A stretch of 64,000 nt of DNA from positions 24,800,001 to 24,864,000 of the forward strand of contig NC_083240.1 in NCBI RefSeq assembly GCF_032191835.1. Reading direction: 5' to 3'. Below are positions 32,722-45,679 of this stretch, piece by piece. Source of the DNA: Heteronotia binoei. Taxonomy: Eukaryota. Under the pieces are notes generated by a model. That model saw only the letters and a list, made by a program, of their open reading frames with translations, ran no database searches and was not told where the DNA came from. Both the position numbers and the translations under genes were made by a program. Position 1 is the first letter of the stretch, and the number at the start of each line of letters is the position of its first letter.

Positions 32722-34314
32722 GGAAGGATAGCCTGACACACTGGCTTTCTTGGTGCACAGAGCTCCATTAAACAGACAAGCACACAATCTCCTGAGCCTC
32801 CATCTAAATCTGGAATGGGCCCAGCCCAGAGGTCACCAACAGTAAGGAGGCAGTGATCCATTCTAGCGGCTGCTCTCCAGTCTCTTTTCCTCCACAGCCT
32901 GCTTGGTCTCCTCTTACACTCTACTCTCGGACAAGTTCACAACAGACCTGTTGCCAAAGTTCTGGATCACGAGGACAAACCAAATGCTGCTCATCGCAGC
33001 CGTCCTGCACAGCGCAGGGCCCCCTGGATGCCTGTGACCCCTGTCCTCCCCATGAGCCTTCAAAGAAAAAACAAGGAACAAGAAGAGACAAGAGAGAATG
33101 AGAGCGGGAGGGAAAGCAGGACAAATCTGCAATTTTATAGCAAGACACAATGCAAATCTATGGCGTTTGTAACTGTCACCATCTAGTTGTCTTTCATTGG
33201 TTATTGTATATTTTATACTGAGAAATTTTGTCTTTTATCGTTTTTATGCTTTAATGATACGCTGGTTTTTATTCTGCTTGTAACCTGCCCTGAGCCTGCC
33301 TTGGCGGGATGGAAATCCCATAAAACAAACAAATAAAATGTCGTAATTTTAATCATTGGTGTGATTAGCTGGACTTTCTCCTTTCTTTAAGAGGTGCAGT
33401 TAAGTTTACACTTATTACAGGCTATCATAACTTATAGTTAAAAAATTAACTGCGTTCTTATGATTGCTTATTATATTTGTAACTGGTTTTATGGATTTGA
33501 TTTACGGAACTTACACGGACCGGTCACAAAAGCTTCCTCTCAGTTGTATTGATTTGCAAAGTGTTTTGTTTTGAAATGACGTATATAATTATAACATTTG
33601 TGTGGTGTCTTGTTATGGAATTGCCAACTTGTACCACATTTTGTTCTTTCATTCCCTCTGGGACATTTTTGCACCTTGGGGTTTTTTTTCAGTGTTGGAG
33701 AGTTGCCCCTTTTGTTTATCCACTAGTCTTCCAAACGAGCCACCATGCAGGATTGCCATCCTCCAGGGGGATATCCAGGTGCCACCTGGAGGTTAGCAAC
33801 CCTGCTGACCTCCACCTCTCCCCAAACTCCACCACCACAAAGACCACCTGTAGATTTCCAGGAATTCCACAAAATGGAGTTGGCATGAAATGGGAGATTA
33901 AGTCTGACCAGGGCCATTGATTGTGGGGGGGGGGCTACCTCTTCCTCTCCTCTTGCCATTTCCTTGATTGAAGCTACCCTGGGCTCCCCACCCCATTTCA
34001 GAAAAGGAAAGGGCTGTTTGATCAGAAAAATGGCTCCTCTCTGTAACCTGAAGGTGCTTTGTAAAAATAGACTACATGTTACAGATTCTCTGGCATAACA
34101 TGTACTTGGCCTGCATTGGACCATCCAAAAGCCCACCATGGTGACACACAAATGGAATAAGTTTCTGCTCTTTTAATGGTACCCTCAGAATCCAGCAGCT
34201 GGGCATCACCTCTATCCACTTTGAATGTTGCTTTGGGTCCCCACAGGGGAGAAAGGTGGAGCATAACTGAAGCTGATGAATAAATGAACGAACGAACGAG
34301 CTGGATGTATGGTA

Positions 34315-34530
34315 GTTGTAGAACTGCCAACCTCCAGGTGGTGACTGGAGATCTCCCAGAAATCTGACTGATCTCCTAGCTATAGAGATCAGTTCCCCTG
34401 GAGGAAATGGCTACTTTGGAGGCTGGATTCTGTGGCATTAGACCCCAATGAACTCCCCAAACTCCACCCTCCCCAGGCTACACTCCCAAAATCTCAAAGA
34501 ATTTCCCCACCCACAGCTGGCAACCTGAGG
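34315..34530 (+). mobile_element. hAT-like MITE (TAGGGTTGCCA family)
   Basis: ctgccaacctccaggtggtgactggagatctccc...gctggcaacc. Confidence 0.7.
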
Positions 34531-35789
34531 TAGCTATAGTTGTGTGTAAGCCCACCACAACAAAAAAAGTATTTAAAGGGCATGGGAAAATTTCCAAGGG
34601 ATTTCTGCTTCCTGAGAATGGGCATTCGTTTGTTTTTTAAAAAAAATAATACCCAGTATTTCCCCATGGCTCAAGGCAACTTACAATATATAATTTAAAA
34701 CATCCAGTAACAATAATATTCCAAATCACTCCCAGCCAAATTAAGGGCCTGCAGCTTATGCTGTTTTAAATCTCTGCCAAATCAAATAGCCTCCAGAAAG
34801 TTTCTGAAGACACTTTGCCCTCACTTCCTTGGAAGTCTATTCCAATAAGCGGGAGCATCCAGAGACAATGCATGGGCCCTAGTTGATAACGGGCTGGAGA
34901 CCTTCAGTTAGGGTGGCAAGTTGAAGAAGTTGGTGCCTGGGAACGTACACTGTCTCAGGAGACAGATACGCGAGTTCAAGGCCGTGCAGGGCACTGTGCG
35001 TTTGAGACCAGTTTCCACTAAAGGATGACTTAATTGTGCATGGTTCTCCATGCAGAATAACAGGTAGAACCAGGCCTCTATTTTTTTAGAAAAATCCAGC
35101 AGGAACTCATTTGTTGATGACTTAGTTGTGCATGACTCCTTGTTCAGAATTGCAGGCATGACTTAATTGTTCATGATTCCCAGTTCAGAATCAGAGATAT
35201 GTTTCGAGTGCTTTTCATCCTCCATCCAAAAGCACGGCGAAGGCTTCATTGCCTCTTCCAAAGCATACCCATTCCACCTAGCTCCTCATTCGAAAATAAA
35301 GCACATTCCTAATATCAGTTCTGAATTTTGGTTGCACACCAGGCCGAGTTTTGCAAGATCTCAGGAAACAAAGCATAGAAAAGCTATTTGGAAGCAGGTC
35401 CTTTGTCGGCACATTTATCTGTAATATCAGATGTGCTGTTCTCTTTGAAGGGGATGTAGAAATCCCAAAAATATTCGCAGCATGACTGTCAGGTATCATC
35501 CTCCCGGGCAGGAATGTGACCAGCAGGCCCAGTGACTTCGGGGGTTGAGAAAGTGAGGCCTTCAACACCGCTGGCCGGGCGCCATATAAGGATTCACCCA
35601 GCCAGCTGGTATCCTGAGATCTCAATCAGCTCCTTGCTGACTGACATGTTCAAGATTGCCATCTGTTTTTCCCCCAAAAAAACTCGAGAATCCACTCCTC
35701 CCTTTCACTGGCCATGTTCTCCAAAGTCACAGCAGATTGCTGACTGCAGCAGCGGTTGGTAATTAAAACAGCCAATACTCTGCTGGGGA

Positions 35790-36455
35790 TTATAAATCGA
35801 TGGTGCGGCTTCATTTGGAATACTGCGTACGGTTCTGGTCATCACACATCAAAAAAGATATTAATTTGGGAAAAGCCCAGAAAAGGGCAACTAAAATAAT
35901 TAAGGGGATGGAACACTTCCCCTATTAAGAAAGGTTAAAGAGGTCAGGTCTCTTTAGCCTGGAAAAATGATGACTGGGGGGTGAGGTTTACAAAAATTAT
36001 ACATGAGATAAAGATGACAGAGAGAAAAAAGTACTTATCTGCCTTTCTCACAATACAAGAACTCATGGGCACTCGAAATTAATGAGCAGTAGTTTTAGAA
36101 CAGATAAAAAGGAAGCACTTCTTCACCCAAAGAGTAATTAACACGTGGAATTCTCTGCCACACAAAGACAATAGACAGCTTCAAGAAGGGATTAAATAAA
36201 AACATATGGAGGAGCAGAGGTCCATCAGTGACTATTAGCCGCAAGGTGTAGATGGAACACTATGTCTGGAGTAGTGATGCTCCGTATACTTGGTGCTCGG
36301 GGCGGGGGGGGGGGACAGTGGGAGGGCTTCTGGAGTTCTGGCCCCACTGGTTGACCTCCTGATGGCACCTGGGATTTGGCCAGTGGGTGACACAGAGTGT
36401 TGGACTGAATAGGTCACTGACCTGATCCAACATGGCTTCTCTGATGTTCTTATGT
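35790..36455 (+). mobile_element. CR1 LINE 3' fragment (degenerate)
   Basis: atggtgcggcttcatttggaatactgcgtacggttctgg and ttcttcacccaaagagtaattaacacgtggaattctctgcc; 3' end aacatggcttctctgatgttcttatg. Confidence 0.85.
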
Positions 36456-37213
36456 TGGTGCTTCTTTTCAGAGCCAGAGTGGGGCTAAAGGATACCTGCC
36501 ACACCCAGACCACTGATTTGTACCACCTAATAATTTGAAGGGCCATCCTAGATGGACAGAACTAAGTGTCTTAGATGGGTGTCATTTGAAGTAGGTATAG
36601 AGTTGCCAACACCAGCTTGGGAAATTCCTGGAGATTTGGAAGAGGAGCCTGAGAAGGGCAGACTTTAGAGAAGAGGGAGCTCAGCAAGTATGTGATGCCA
36701 TATAGTTTCCCCACTGAAGCTATAGTTTCCTGCAGGGAACTTTGCAGCTAATAGGACTGCAATGTATAAAATGGTTTTATAGACTTGCTTGGATAAATGA
36801 TTAGGGACCGGGGTCTGTACTGTTGCATGTAGATGAATGGAATAGAATCCTACTTCTGTCCCATTTAATGTGTCATGAGAATACTTATGTTCTGCTTCAG
36901 TTCTTTCTGGTGGTTCCAGACTTCTAAAATCCAAATGCATTGGTTATTAAATGTCCCATTTTGTTGACTGTACCGACTGCAACTTGAGTCCTTGTGAGAA
37001 TGGCTGACTATAAATAACACAAGCAAATAATCAATCAATCAAAGTCTGTAGACTGGAGATCTGCAGTAATTCCAGGAGAACTCCAGAATCCACCTGGAAA
37101 TTGGTAATCCATATCTTCAAAACATAATTTAAATGGAAGTGTGATGTAGTGGTTTGCATGTCTGGCTAGCATGTCAAATCCTCACTTTGCCACAGGCTAG
37201 GTAACTTTGGGTC

Positions 37214-37487
37214 AGAGTCAGTTTGGTGTAGTGGTTAAGAGCTGCAGACTCTAACCTGGAGAACTGGGTTTGATTCCCCACTCCTCTTTTACATGCAGCC
37301 AGCTGGGTGACCTTGGGTCAGCTGCAGTTCTCTCAGAGCTGTTCTCTCAAGAGCAGTTCTCGAAAGAGCTCTCTCAGCCCCACCTACTTTACAGGGTGTC
37401 TGCAGTGGGGAGAGGAAAGGAAGGAGGTTGTAAGTTGGTCTGAGACTCCAAGTGAAGGGCAGGGTATAAATCCAATCTCCTCCTCCT
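37214..37487 (+). mobile_element. Squam3-like SINE
   Basis: cagtttggtgtagtggttaagag head; gggtataaatcc tail. Confidence 0.8.
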
Positions 37488-38605
37488 CTCCCCCTTCTCT
37501 CTTTCCCTCAGCCTAACCTACCTCACAGGGGTGTTGTTGTGAGGATCAGCTGGAAGAGGGGAGAGCAATCTCAGAAGCTACTTTTGGTCCCCACGGGGCA
37601 GAAAAGCAAGGTATAAACACCGAAACAAATAAATCTGACTTTGCCAGCTCAGCACCTGTTCCACGCCCACTCTGATGGAATCATCTACTCTCCTGCTAGG
37701 ATCCTGTTTTCATATCCCTTCTGCATAGTAATGGAACACACCTCTGTCCTGGAATGTTGGGTGTTCTGCCCTCATTTGCTAATAACTTCCCACCCATTCT
37801 CCTTATGCACTTTGCGTGTGTGCGTGCGCACATACACATACACACTGCAACGTAATGAAAAGTTTCATCCCTCTTTCTCCAACTTCCAATGACCACTTCA
37901 GACCATCGAAGAAGGTGCAGGCAGCAGGCAGGAGCCTTCACATCATACCTGGCTCCAGGTCCAGGTAATCACCCCTCCTCCCCAAAAAACATTTGCATTG
38001 GATTTGAGTGTCATTTGATGGGTTGGGATCTTATTCCCCTGAACCTCACTGGCGGCCACTTTCCGCTGAGAAGCAGAATTTAAAAATACTGATTGTTATG
38101 CAGCTGCCGTGTCCATGTCAATGGACAAGGTAGGTGGGGAGGAAGAAAGCGCTCCTGTGAAATCCTGCTGAATTCAAGGCCTGGAATGAGAGACCACCAA
38201 GGAAGTCTACGTTTGCTGTGCAGACTGCAGAAGCAGGCAATGGCAAACCAATTCTGAACATCTTTTGCCTTGAAAACCGCACAGGGCTGCCATAAGTCGC
38301 CTGCGGCTTGATGGCAAAATAATAATAATAATAAAGTATCCAGCACTTGTCCAAGCACAGCCTAGTGGTTACAGTACCAAATTCCGCCCCCCCCCCCCCC
38401 CCCGCCTCAGCTGTGAAGCATCCTGGATGACTTTGGGCCTGTGATGATAAAATGGAAGACAGGAGAATAATGTCTGTCATCTCAAGGAAGGGTGAGATAA
38501 TAATGGAATAGAGAGAAAGTCACACATGTAACAGAATGAATGCCCTGGGAGTTTTCCTTCCATGGACATTGACAAGGAGAGAGCAGCGGGGACAGGCAAG
38601 AACGA

Positions 38606-39123
38606 GATGGTTGCCAATCCCCAGGTGGGAGCAGGGGATCCCCCGGATTGGAGGCCCTCCCCCATGCTTCTTGGTTATCAGGAAGCAGGGTGAGGGAGGG
38701 AAAGGTCTGCAGGGCACTCCATTATACTCTATGAAGACCAATTCCCATAGGGTACAACGGAGAATTGCTCTATGGGTATCTGAGGCTTTTGGGAGGCTGT
38801 TGTTTGTTTGTTTTTACGTAGCGGCACCAAATTTTCAGCATAATATCCAATGCCTCTTCTCAAAACACCCTCCAAATTTCAAAAAAGATTGGACCAGAAG
38901 ATCCAATTCTATGAACTCCAAAAGAAGGTGCCTCTATCTGTCATTATTTCCAAATGGAGGGAAGGCATTTAAAATGTGTGCGGTCCCTTTAAATGTGATG
39001 GGCAGAACTCCCTTCAGAGTTCAGTCATGCTTGTCACACCCTCGCTCCTGGATCCACCTCCAAAGTCTCCTGGCTCCACCTCAAAGTCCCCAGATATTTC
39101 CACAGTTGGACTTGGCAACCCTA
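38606..39123 (+). mobile_element. ~520-bp non-autonomous hAT-like element (long TAGGGTTGCCA form)
   Basis: ggttgccaatccccaggtggg...ggacttggcaacccta; homologous to 49982-50510. Confidence 0.8.
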
Positions 39124-39319
39124 AGAATGTACCATATACACAAAAGAACAGAGCTGTGGTTACTTATTTGAATTGTATTTCTCTTCATATAGCAGAAGTG
39201 GGGCACAGAACAAACGATAATAAAGAGACAATCGCTTTCCAAATCAGTTTCTTCCTTTTTTGGGGTGGTGGTGTTGAAGCCCAGGGAAGGTGTAGGTTGC
39301 TAACCCCCAGATGGGGCCT

Positions 39320-39597
39320 GAAGAAGAAGAATTGCAGATTTATACCCCGCCTTTCTCCCTGAATCAGAGACTCAGAGCAGCTTACAATCTCCTATATCTT
39401 CTCCCCCCACAACAGACACCCTGTGAAGTGGGTGGGGCTGAGAGGGCTCTCACAGCAACTGCCCTTTCAAGGACAACCTCTGCAAGAGCTCTGGCTGACC
39501 CAAGGCCATTCCAGCAGGTGCAAGTGGAATGGGGAATCAAACCCGGTTCTCCCAGAAAAGAGTCCACACACTTAACCACTACACCAAACTGGCTCTC
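39320..39597 (-). mobile_element. Squam3-like SINE, full length
   Basis: Near-identical to the copy at 27821-28094. Confidence 0.85.
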
Positions 39598-40479
39598 AGT
39601 AGATAGAAGGCCCTGGAGATCTCCAGCTTTTACATCTGATCTCCAGCTGGCAATAGGGTTGTCAGTTCCAACTCAGGAAATATCTGGGGACTTTGGGGGT
39701 AGAGCTAGGAGCAAGGGTGTGACAAGCACAGCTGAACTCCAAAGGCCCTCACCCTTAGAGCCAGTTTGGTGTAGTGGTTAAGTGCGTGGACTGTTATCTG
39801 GGAGAACCAGGTTTGATTCCCCACTCCTCCACTTGCATTCTGATTAGGCATCACCTGAGAATATTGCTTGCAAAGCTTTAGATATGAGTTCTACAGCAGC
39901 TCAGGTTTAGGAACATTCTGCTTTTAATCCATCTGCGAAGTGCCGTGTATAAGGCCCGGGGGGAGGGTTAGAAGGGGTGGTGGTTTTTGTTTTAATTCTG
40001 CAAACGTTGCTGATGTCAAGATTCTGTATTAGATGAAGGTAAAGCAGTTTGTCTGACAGGTTGGGCCTCGTTAATTAAAAGGCAGCTGGTCTTACTTCCC
40101 AGTAAAATGGCTAATGGAAGTTCAGTGAAAGTGAAACTGTCCTAAAAGGGAGAGATCAAAGTGTGGAAAGGAAGACAAAAAGATGCCCATCTTGCCACAC
40201 CTAAGGAAGCTGACAGCACCAGGCCTAAGAATTATCAGCGAATCATCAGTCCATATAAAAACTATAACTTTAAACCTTGTTCATCACGTGTCACAGTGAA
40301 CACACACACAACCTGTATGCACATGTGTACATTTGCTTGTAAGAAAGAGCTAGCAGAAATTCACTTTACAAATGAAACCAAGGACCAGTACCTGGATAAA
40401 CAGAGGCTTTAAATCAGATGTTGAGTTGAGTTGTATATATGTTGAATGTAGCACTGAATATAGAGTTGAATATGCGTTG

Positions 40480-40662
40480 GAAGGTAAAAGAATGTAAAAG
40501 AAGAAGGGGATGGCAAAGGATGAGAAGGTTAGACAGTGTTATCGATGCAACAAACATGAATTTGGGCCAACTTAGGAGCACGGTGGAAGATAGAGGGGCC
40601 TGGCGTGATGTGGTCCGGGGGTCGCAAAGAGTCGGACTCAACTGCGTAACTGAACAACAACA
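40480..40662 (+). mobile_element. RTE/BovB LINE 3' end
   Basis: KRRRGWQRMRRLDSVIDATNMNLGQLRSTVEDRGAWRDVVRGSQRV resembles the BovB ORF C-terminus; tail taactgaacaacaaca. Confidence 0.85.
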
Positions 40663-40674
40663 GTATGTTTTGAG

Positions 40675-40890
40675 CATAGCACTGCCAACTCCAGACTGAA
40701 AAATTCCTAAAGATTTTGGGATTCAGCCTGGGGAGGGTGGGGTTTGGGAAGGGGAGGGACTTTACTTCAGCAGGCTATAATGCCTTAGAGTCCACCCTCC
40801 AAAGCAGCCATTTTCTCCAAGGGAACTGATCTGTCTGGAAATGTGTTGTAATTTCAGGAGATGTTCAGGCCCACCTGGAAGCTGGCAACC
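40675..40890 (-). mobile_element. hAT-like MITE (TAGGGTTGCCA family)
   Basis: Reverse orientation; ends cccacctggaagctggcaacc. Confidence 0.65.
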
Positions 40891-42589
40891 ATAGTTGAAC
40901 ATAACAAAAGAATTACTCAACTCGTGCTAAGATTATGGCAGTGTGTTCACTGTAACTTGTGAACGGGGCTGTATTTGTCCAACAAGACACTGGTTCCTGA
41001 TTCCCTGTGCCACTGTTCAGAGGAAAAGAATCCTCCTGGTCTTGGAGACCAGGTGACAGCAATGAGCCAATCCTGGTATACTACCTGCCCCAATGCTTCC
41101 AGATGTGTTGCTCTCCCTCTCTCAAAAATGGCCATCCAGCTTGTTGCTGAACAAAGACACCAATCTCCCAGGGGCAGTGGGCTGCTCTTGGACAACTACA
41201 AAGCACCTGCTTGGCGCTCCATCCCTTGATTAAACAGGTAAACAAAAGAAACCTGGAAGTACAGTGGTCACCACATACTGACCTGTGGGAAGGGACACCA
41301 ACCAGCAAGACAGGGGCCAGCAAGACCATCCTAGACATCCTTGGATGCCAGCCGGTTCCTGGGAGAATCCTAGCCCCCACCCTTCCCCGGGACCGAGATC
41401 CAAGGCGGAATCTGATCCTGGTGTCGCCAGCTTCCCTTCTTCACGGGCACAGAGCCCGAGGCGTGTCTGGGGGTGAACACGATTCAGAGAGCTGCAGCTG
41501 AGCCAGTGGTGGGTCTCTCTTCACCAGGGGTGTCTAATGCACAGATTTGGGGAGGAGGGTATGCCGTGAGGACAAATGAACAGAGGAGAGGTTCACTCAC
41601 CTGCTGAGATTTCTGCGGTTGCCAGAGAACAGGGGAGAGATCCCGGGCAGTGGGGAAGGGAGGGGGCCGCTGCCTTGGCTGCGAGGGTCCTTGGGAGCTG
41701 CAGGACAAGTTCCTCGAGAGGGTAGGCTGGCCCAGGCAGGTCGCCAGAGAAGGCGGGGAGCCATGGCAGAGAGCCACGAGGCTCAGGAGCAGGGTGGCAG
41801 GAGGGTGTGCGGTAGCGCGTGCCCAGACGGAGCGAATCTATGGGCCTTTGTCTCGGGAGACATGGCAATATCATACAAGGAGAACCTGCATAGTGTTGGA
41901 TGACCTCTCCTCCTCCTCTGTGTCCCTCCTTACCTATTCTGGGTTGCAGTTTGAGTGTGAGTGCAGGAATCCCTTTAATATCTGTTGCAAGGAACAGGGT
42001 GATTTTCTCTTGGACTGCTTCACAGCTAAGGCTTGCAAAGAGGCAAGCCACAGAGGAATCTGCGAGCACTGTAGGTGATTTGTAGGTGCATATTATGAGC
42101 CCTTTGGGAGAAAAGTAGGACATACGTAAATGAAATACAAATTTAGGAAACCAGCGCTTCCAACTATGGCCATCCCATTGTTTACATAGACATAGCGCAC
42201 AGAAACACACATTTAACAGGTGAATTCCCTCGATACTGGTCTAATGAGACCAGTAGCCCTATGAGAAGGCGCACCAACTCTGGCTTGGGAAACTCTTGGA
42301 GATTTGGGGGTGTGAGGGGCCTCAGTGGGGCATAATGCCCAAGAGTCCAGCCTCTGAAGGTGATATTTTTTTCTAGGGAAATTATCTTTGTAGTCTGGAT
42401 ATCAGTTTTTATTCTGGGAGATCTCCAGGGCTGACCTGGAGATTGGCAATCCTACTTATAAGGCAGCTGCAGATGGACAGTCTGCTCTGACTGGCAACAG
42501 CTTTGCAGGGTCTTGCAGAAAGGCTTTTTCTCGGCCTGCTCTTTCCAGCCTTTGTATGTGGAGATGCACATATTCAACCACTGCTCCGC

Positions 42590-43421
42590 CTATTCAGCCA
42601 CTGCTCCGTCAACTGTGCTAGCTTCCAGTTGAATGCCGGATCAGGTTCAAGATTATGGTACTGACCTTTAAAGCCCTGTATGGTCTGGGACCAACATATC
42701 TGTGGGACCGCCTCTCCTGGTACATCCCCCCAAAGGGCACTTTGCTCAGCCAATAACAACTTGCTGATGATCCCCGGCCCAAAGGCCATCCAGATAAACA
42801 TGGCCAGGGCCAGGGTGTTTTCAGCCCTGGTCCCAATCTGGTGGAATGTTCTGTCTCATGAGACCTGGATCCTGCGAGACTGGAAACAGTTTTTCAGGGC
42901 CTGTAAGACAGAGTTGTTCCACCAGGCATACGGTCTAGGACAGGGGTGGCCAGACTTGCTTAACATAAGAGCCACACAGAATAAACGTCACATGTTTGAG
43001 AGCCGCAAGACAGGAAGGCATGCAGGCAAATAGATGGAGGGAGAGAGAGGTGGAAAGAAAGTAACTTTAATTGCATTCCCCAAGCTGCTGGCTTGCTTAG
43101 CTTGGAGAAGAGACTTAGAGACAAATGCTTTCTCCTAGCTGGACAACAGGGCAGTGGGGGCTTTGAGAGCCACACAATATGAAAGAGCCACATGTGGCTC
43201 CTGAGCCACAGTTTAGTCACCCCTGGTCTAGGATGGGTGTCGGCTCCCATTATGAACTTATGCTGATCTGCTTAGTACACCACCTGGAATTGCATATTAA
43301 TTTTAATTTAGCTGTGTTTTAAATGTATTTAATGTGAGTGTTGATTTATATGTTGTGACCCACCCAAAGCCTTACTGTGTAGGGGAGGGCAGGATAAAAA
43401 TCCAATCAATCAATCAATCAG
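42590..43421 (+). mobile_element. L2-clade LINE 3' end, interrupted by a MITE
   Basis: Segments translating as RIRFKIMVLTFKALYGLGPTYLWDRLS and RARVFSALVPIWWN...FFRACKTELF; AT-rich 3' UTR ending (aatc)n. Confidence 0.75.
42941..43225 (-). mobile_element. hAT-Charlie-like MITE inserted in the L2
   Basis: TIRs CAGGGGTGGCCAGAC / GTTTAGTCACCCCTG; perfect TSD GTCTAGGA at 42933-42940 and 43226-43233. Confidence 0.88.
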
Positions 43422-45210
43422 TGCAAGATTGACTCTTGAAGCACATCCAAAGCATGCAGTCTGTCACTAAATTATGCTCCTTTGGAGGATGCATTAGGGC
43501 TAGTAGCTGTTACCAGAGCAGGCGAAGGGAGGTACCCTTCTAATTAGGGGTGTGCAGCTGGAAATTTACTAGTCTGGATCCCATGAGAAGAATGGGAAAT
43601 GTTGGGTCTATATGCTCCCAGTCCCAGACAATTGGGAGTGGCCAGAAGTCTTCTGATTAGATTGCACTTCCAATGCCTCACTGTCTGGTTGCATTTCCAG
43701 GAAGGAGGAAGGAAGGGCTGGGCCACCAAAGGGAAAGAAACATTCAGCATCAGGAGTTGTGTGCGCAAGAGAAATGCTGACCTTAGCAGAAGAACGAAAA
43801 CGGGATCATCCTGATTGACATTTTCCACGTATCCCGGCACATTCGGGGGTGGGGGGGGGTGTTGTTTGGAAGCAGGCGGAGCCCCTTCATTGCCCTGCCC
43901 TGCCCATTACTTTTCTCTGTGAGATGCTGGATTCACTTCCTGCTGTGCCTTTCCGTCTACCTCCTGGGATTGCCAGCCATGCCACCTCCCTCCATATGCC
44001 TGCTCTGCAAGTAGGGTTGTTAACTTCCAGATGGTGGCTGGAGATCAGTTCACCTGAAGAAAATGGCTGCTTTGGAAGTATAGTTGCCAAGTCCCCCACA
44101 ACCTATGGTACCATAGAGTTTCCCTCCCAAATTGCTAGAGCATCTGGGGAAACCATCACGTTTTCCCCGAAGCTCCTAGAGCATACAGCGTGCGATCTTG
44201 CTGGCACAATGACATTGCTTGTGAGTGATGTCATCATGCCGGTGATGTTGGGTGGGGATCCCCCTGCCAACCCACAGCGGGCTGGCGAGTTGGGGACCTC
44301 CAGAGCAGGAGAACCCCCGCCCTGCCTGAGAACTTGGCAGCCTTATTTGGAAGGTGGACTCTTTGACATTAGAACCCATGGAAATCCCTCCCCTCTCCAA
44401 ACCCTGCCCTTTTCAGGCTGCATCCCTGAATCTCAAAGTATTTTCCAAGCCAGAGATGGAAACCTTATCTACAAAGGAAGATGGCCTATAAAATAGGGAT
44501 GATTCATTTTATCTGCTGGGAATTAGGAGGATTCCAAGAGTGTGGGGTACAATCAGGGAAAACTCCAGGTTTGGGGGGGGGGGTCAGGGCAGAAAATGTC
44601 CAGGAGTCCTTTCTCTTCCTCTGACCACCACCCACAATCATGACAGCCTTCCAGCCCCACTCCATTCCCACCTGCCTGTGTGTTTTCCTTACTGACCATA
44701 TGTCCTTCCCCTGATGGATGGTGCTGGGTGGTGTGGAACAGGGGAAAGACCTTCAGAAACAGGAGATCAGTTCACCTGGAGAAAATGGCTGCTTTGGAAG
44801 ACCATGGCTCAGGGGAAAGACTCGGCATACAGTCCTAGGTTCAATCCTCCCACAGCTCCAGTTAAAAGACCTCTGCCTGAGGCCCTGGAGAACCACTGCC
44901 AGCCTGAGCAGACAATACTGACTTTGATAGACCAGGGGGCTGATTCAGTAGAAGGCAAGTTTCAGGTATTCATGTGCCCACTGGGAGTGCCACCACTGTA
45001 CACCACCCGCCAGTCCTTCCCTTGGAACATGTGGCTCGGAAGCTCTGCAGCAGTGGGTCATGCCAGAAACCCCAGGCCTTGGCCACTGATCCACATTAGA
45101 GTATGCTGACATCAGCCCTGGGTACAATCTCTGAATCTATTGTCCCAGGGGTTGGGAACACACAAACAAAACCTACAGAAACATCTTTTACCCTGTAAAA
45201 GAGAGATGCT

Positions 45211-45382
45211 CAGGGCTTTTTTTTTGTAGCAAGAACTCCTTTGCATATTAGGCTACACCCCCTGGTGTAGCCAATCCTCCAAGAGCTGACAGGGCTCTTA
45301 GTACAGGGCCTACTGTAAGCTCCAGGAGGTTTGGCTACATCAGGGGTGTGTGGCCTAATATGCAAAGGAGCTCCTGCTACAA
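45211..45382. mobile_element. Palindromic hAT-like MITE
   Basis: Arms gtagca(a/g)gaactcctttgcatattagg...cctaatatgcaaaggagctcctgctac. Confidence 0.8.
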
Positions 45383-45679
45383 CTATCCTGTTCCTGGAAT
45401 TGGGAGGGTTCTGACTTAGGGTGAGGGTCACAATCTAGGTTTTCGCAACCGAAAACAAGCAAAAAGGTTTGGTTACCTTCAGAAATAAAACGAGTAGGAA
45501 GGAATTCAAAAGTGAAAAAAAACCCAAAGGAACAGTAACAACAGGTGCAAACAGAAGTAATTTTGTGTGGGTGTGTGCGTGTGCACACCTGGAAGTCCTA
45601 GCAACCTCTGGTGACTGACATCTACTGGGGGCCTGGAGGATATGCAGAGAGGTGGCTAAATAAAGCCTGCCTCTGTCTC

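Noticed and set aside
35278-35625. 115-aa minus-strand ORF in unique intergenic sequence
   Set aside because: Translation in all three minus frames gave no recognisable protein, and there are no convincing splice sites.
38536-39171. 211-aa ORF (and 43849-44496, 215 aa)
   Set aside because: Both lie almost wholly within non-autonomous MITE sequence and have no transposase or other domain motifs.
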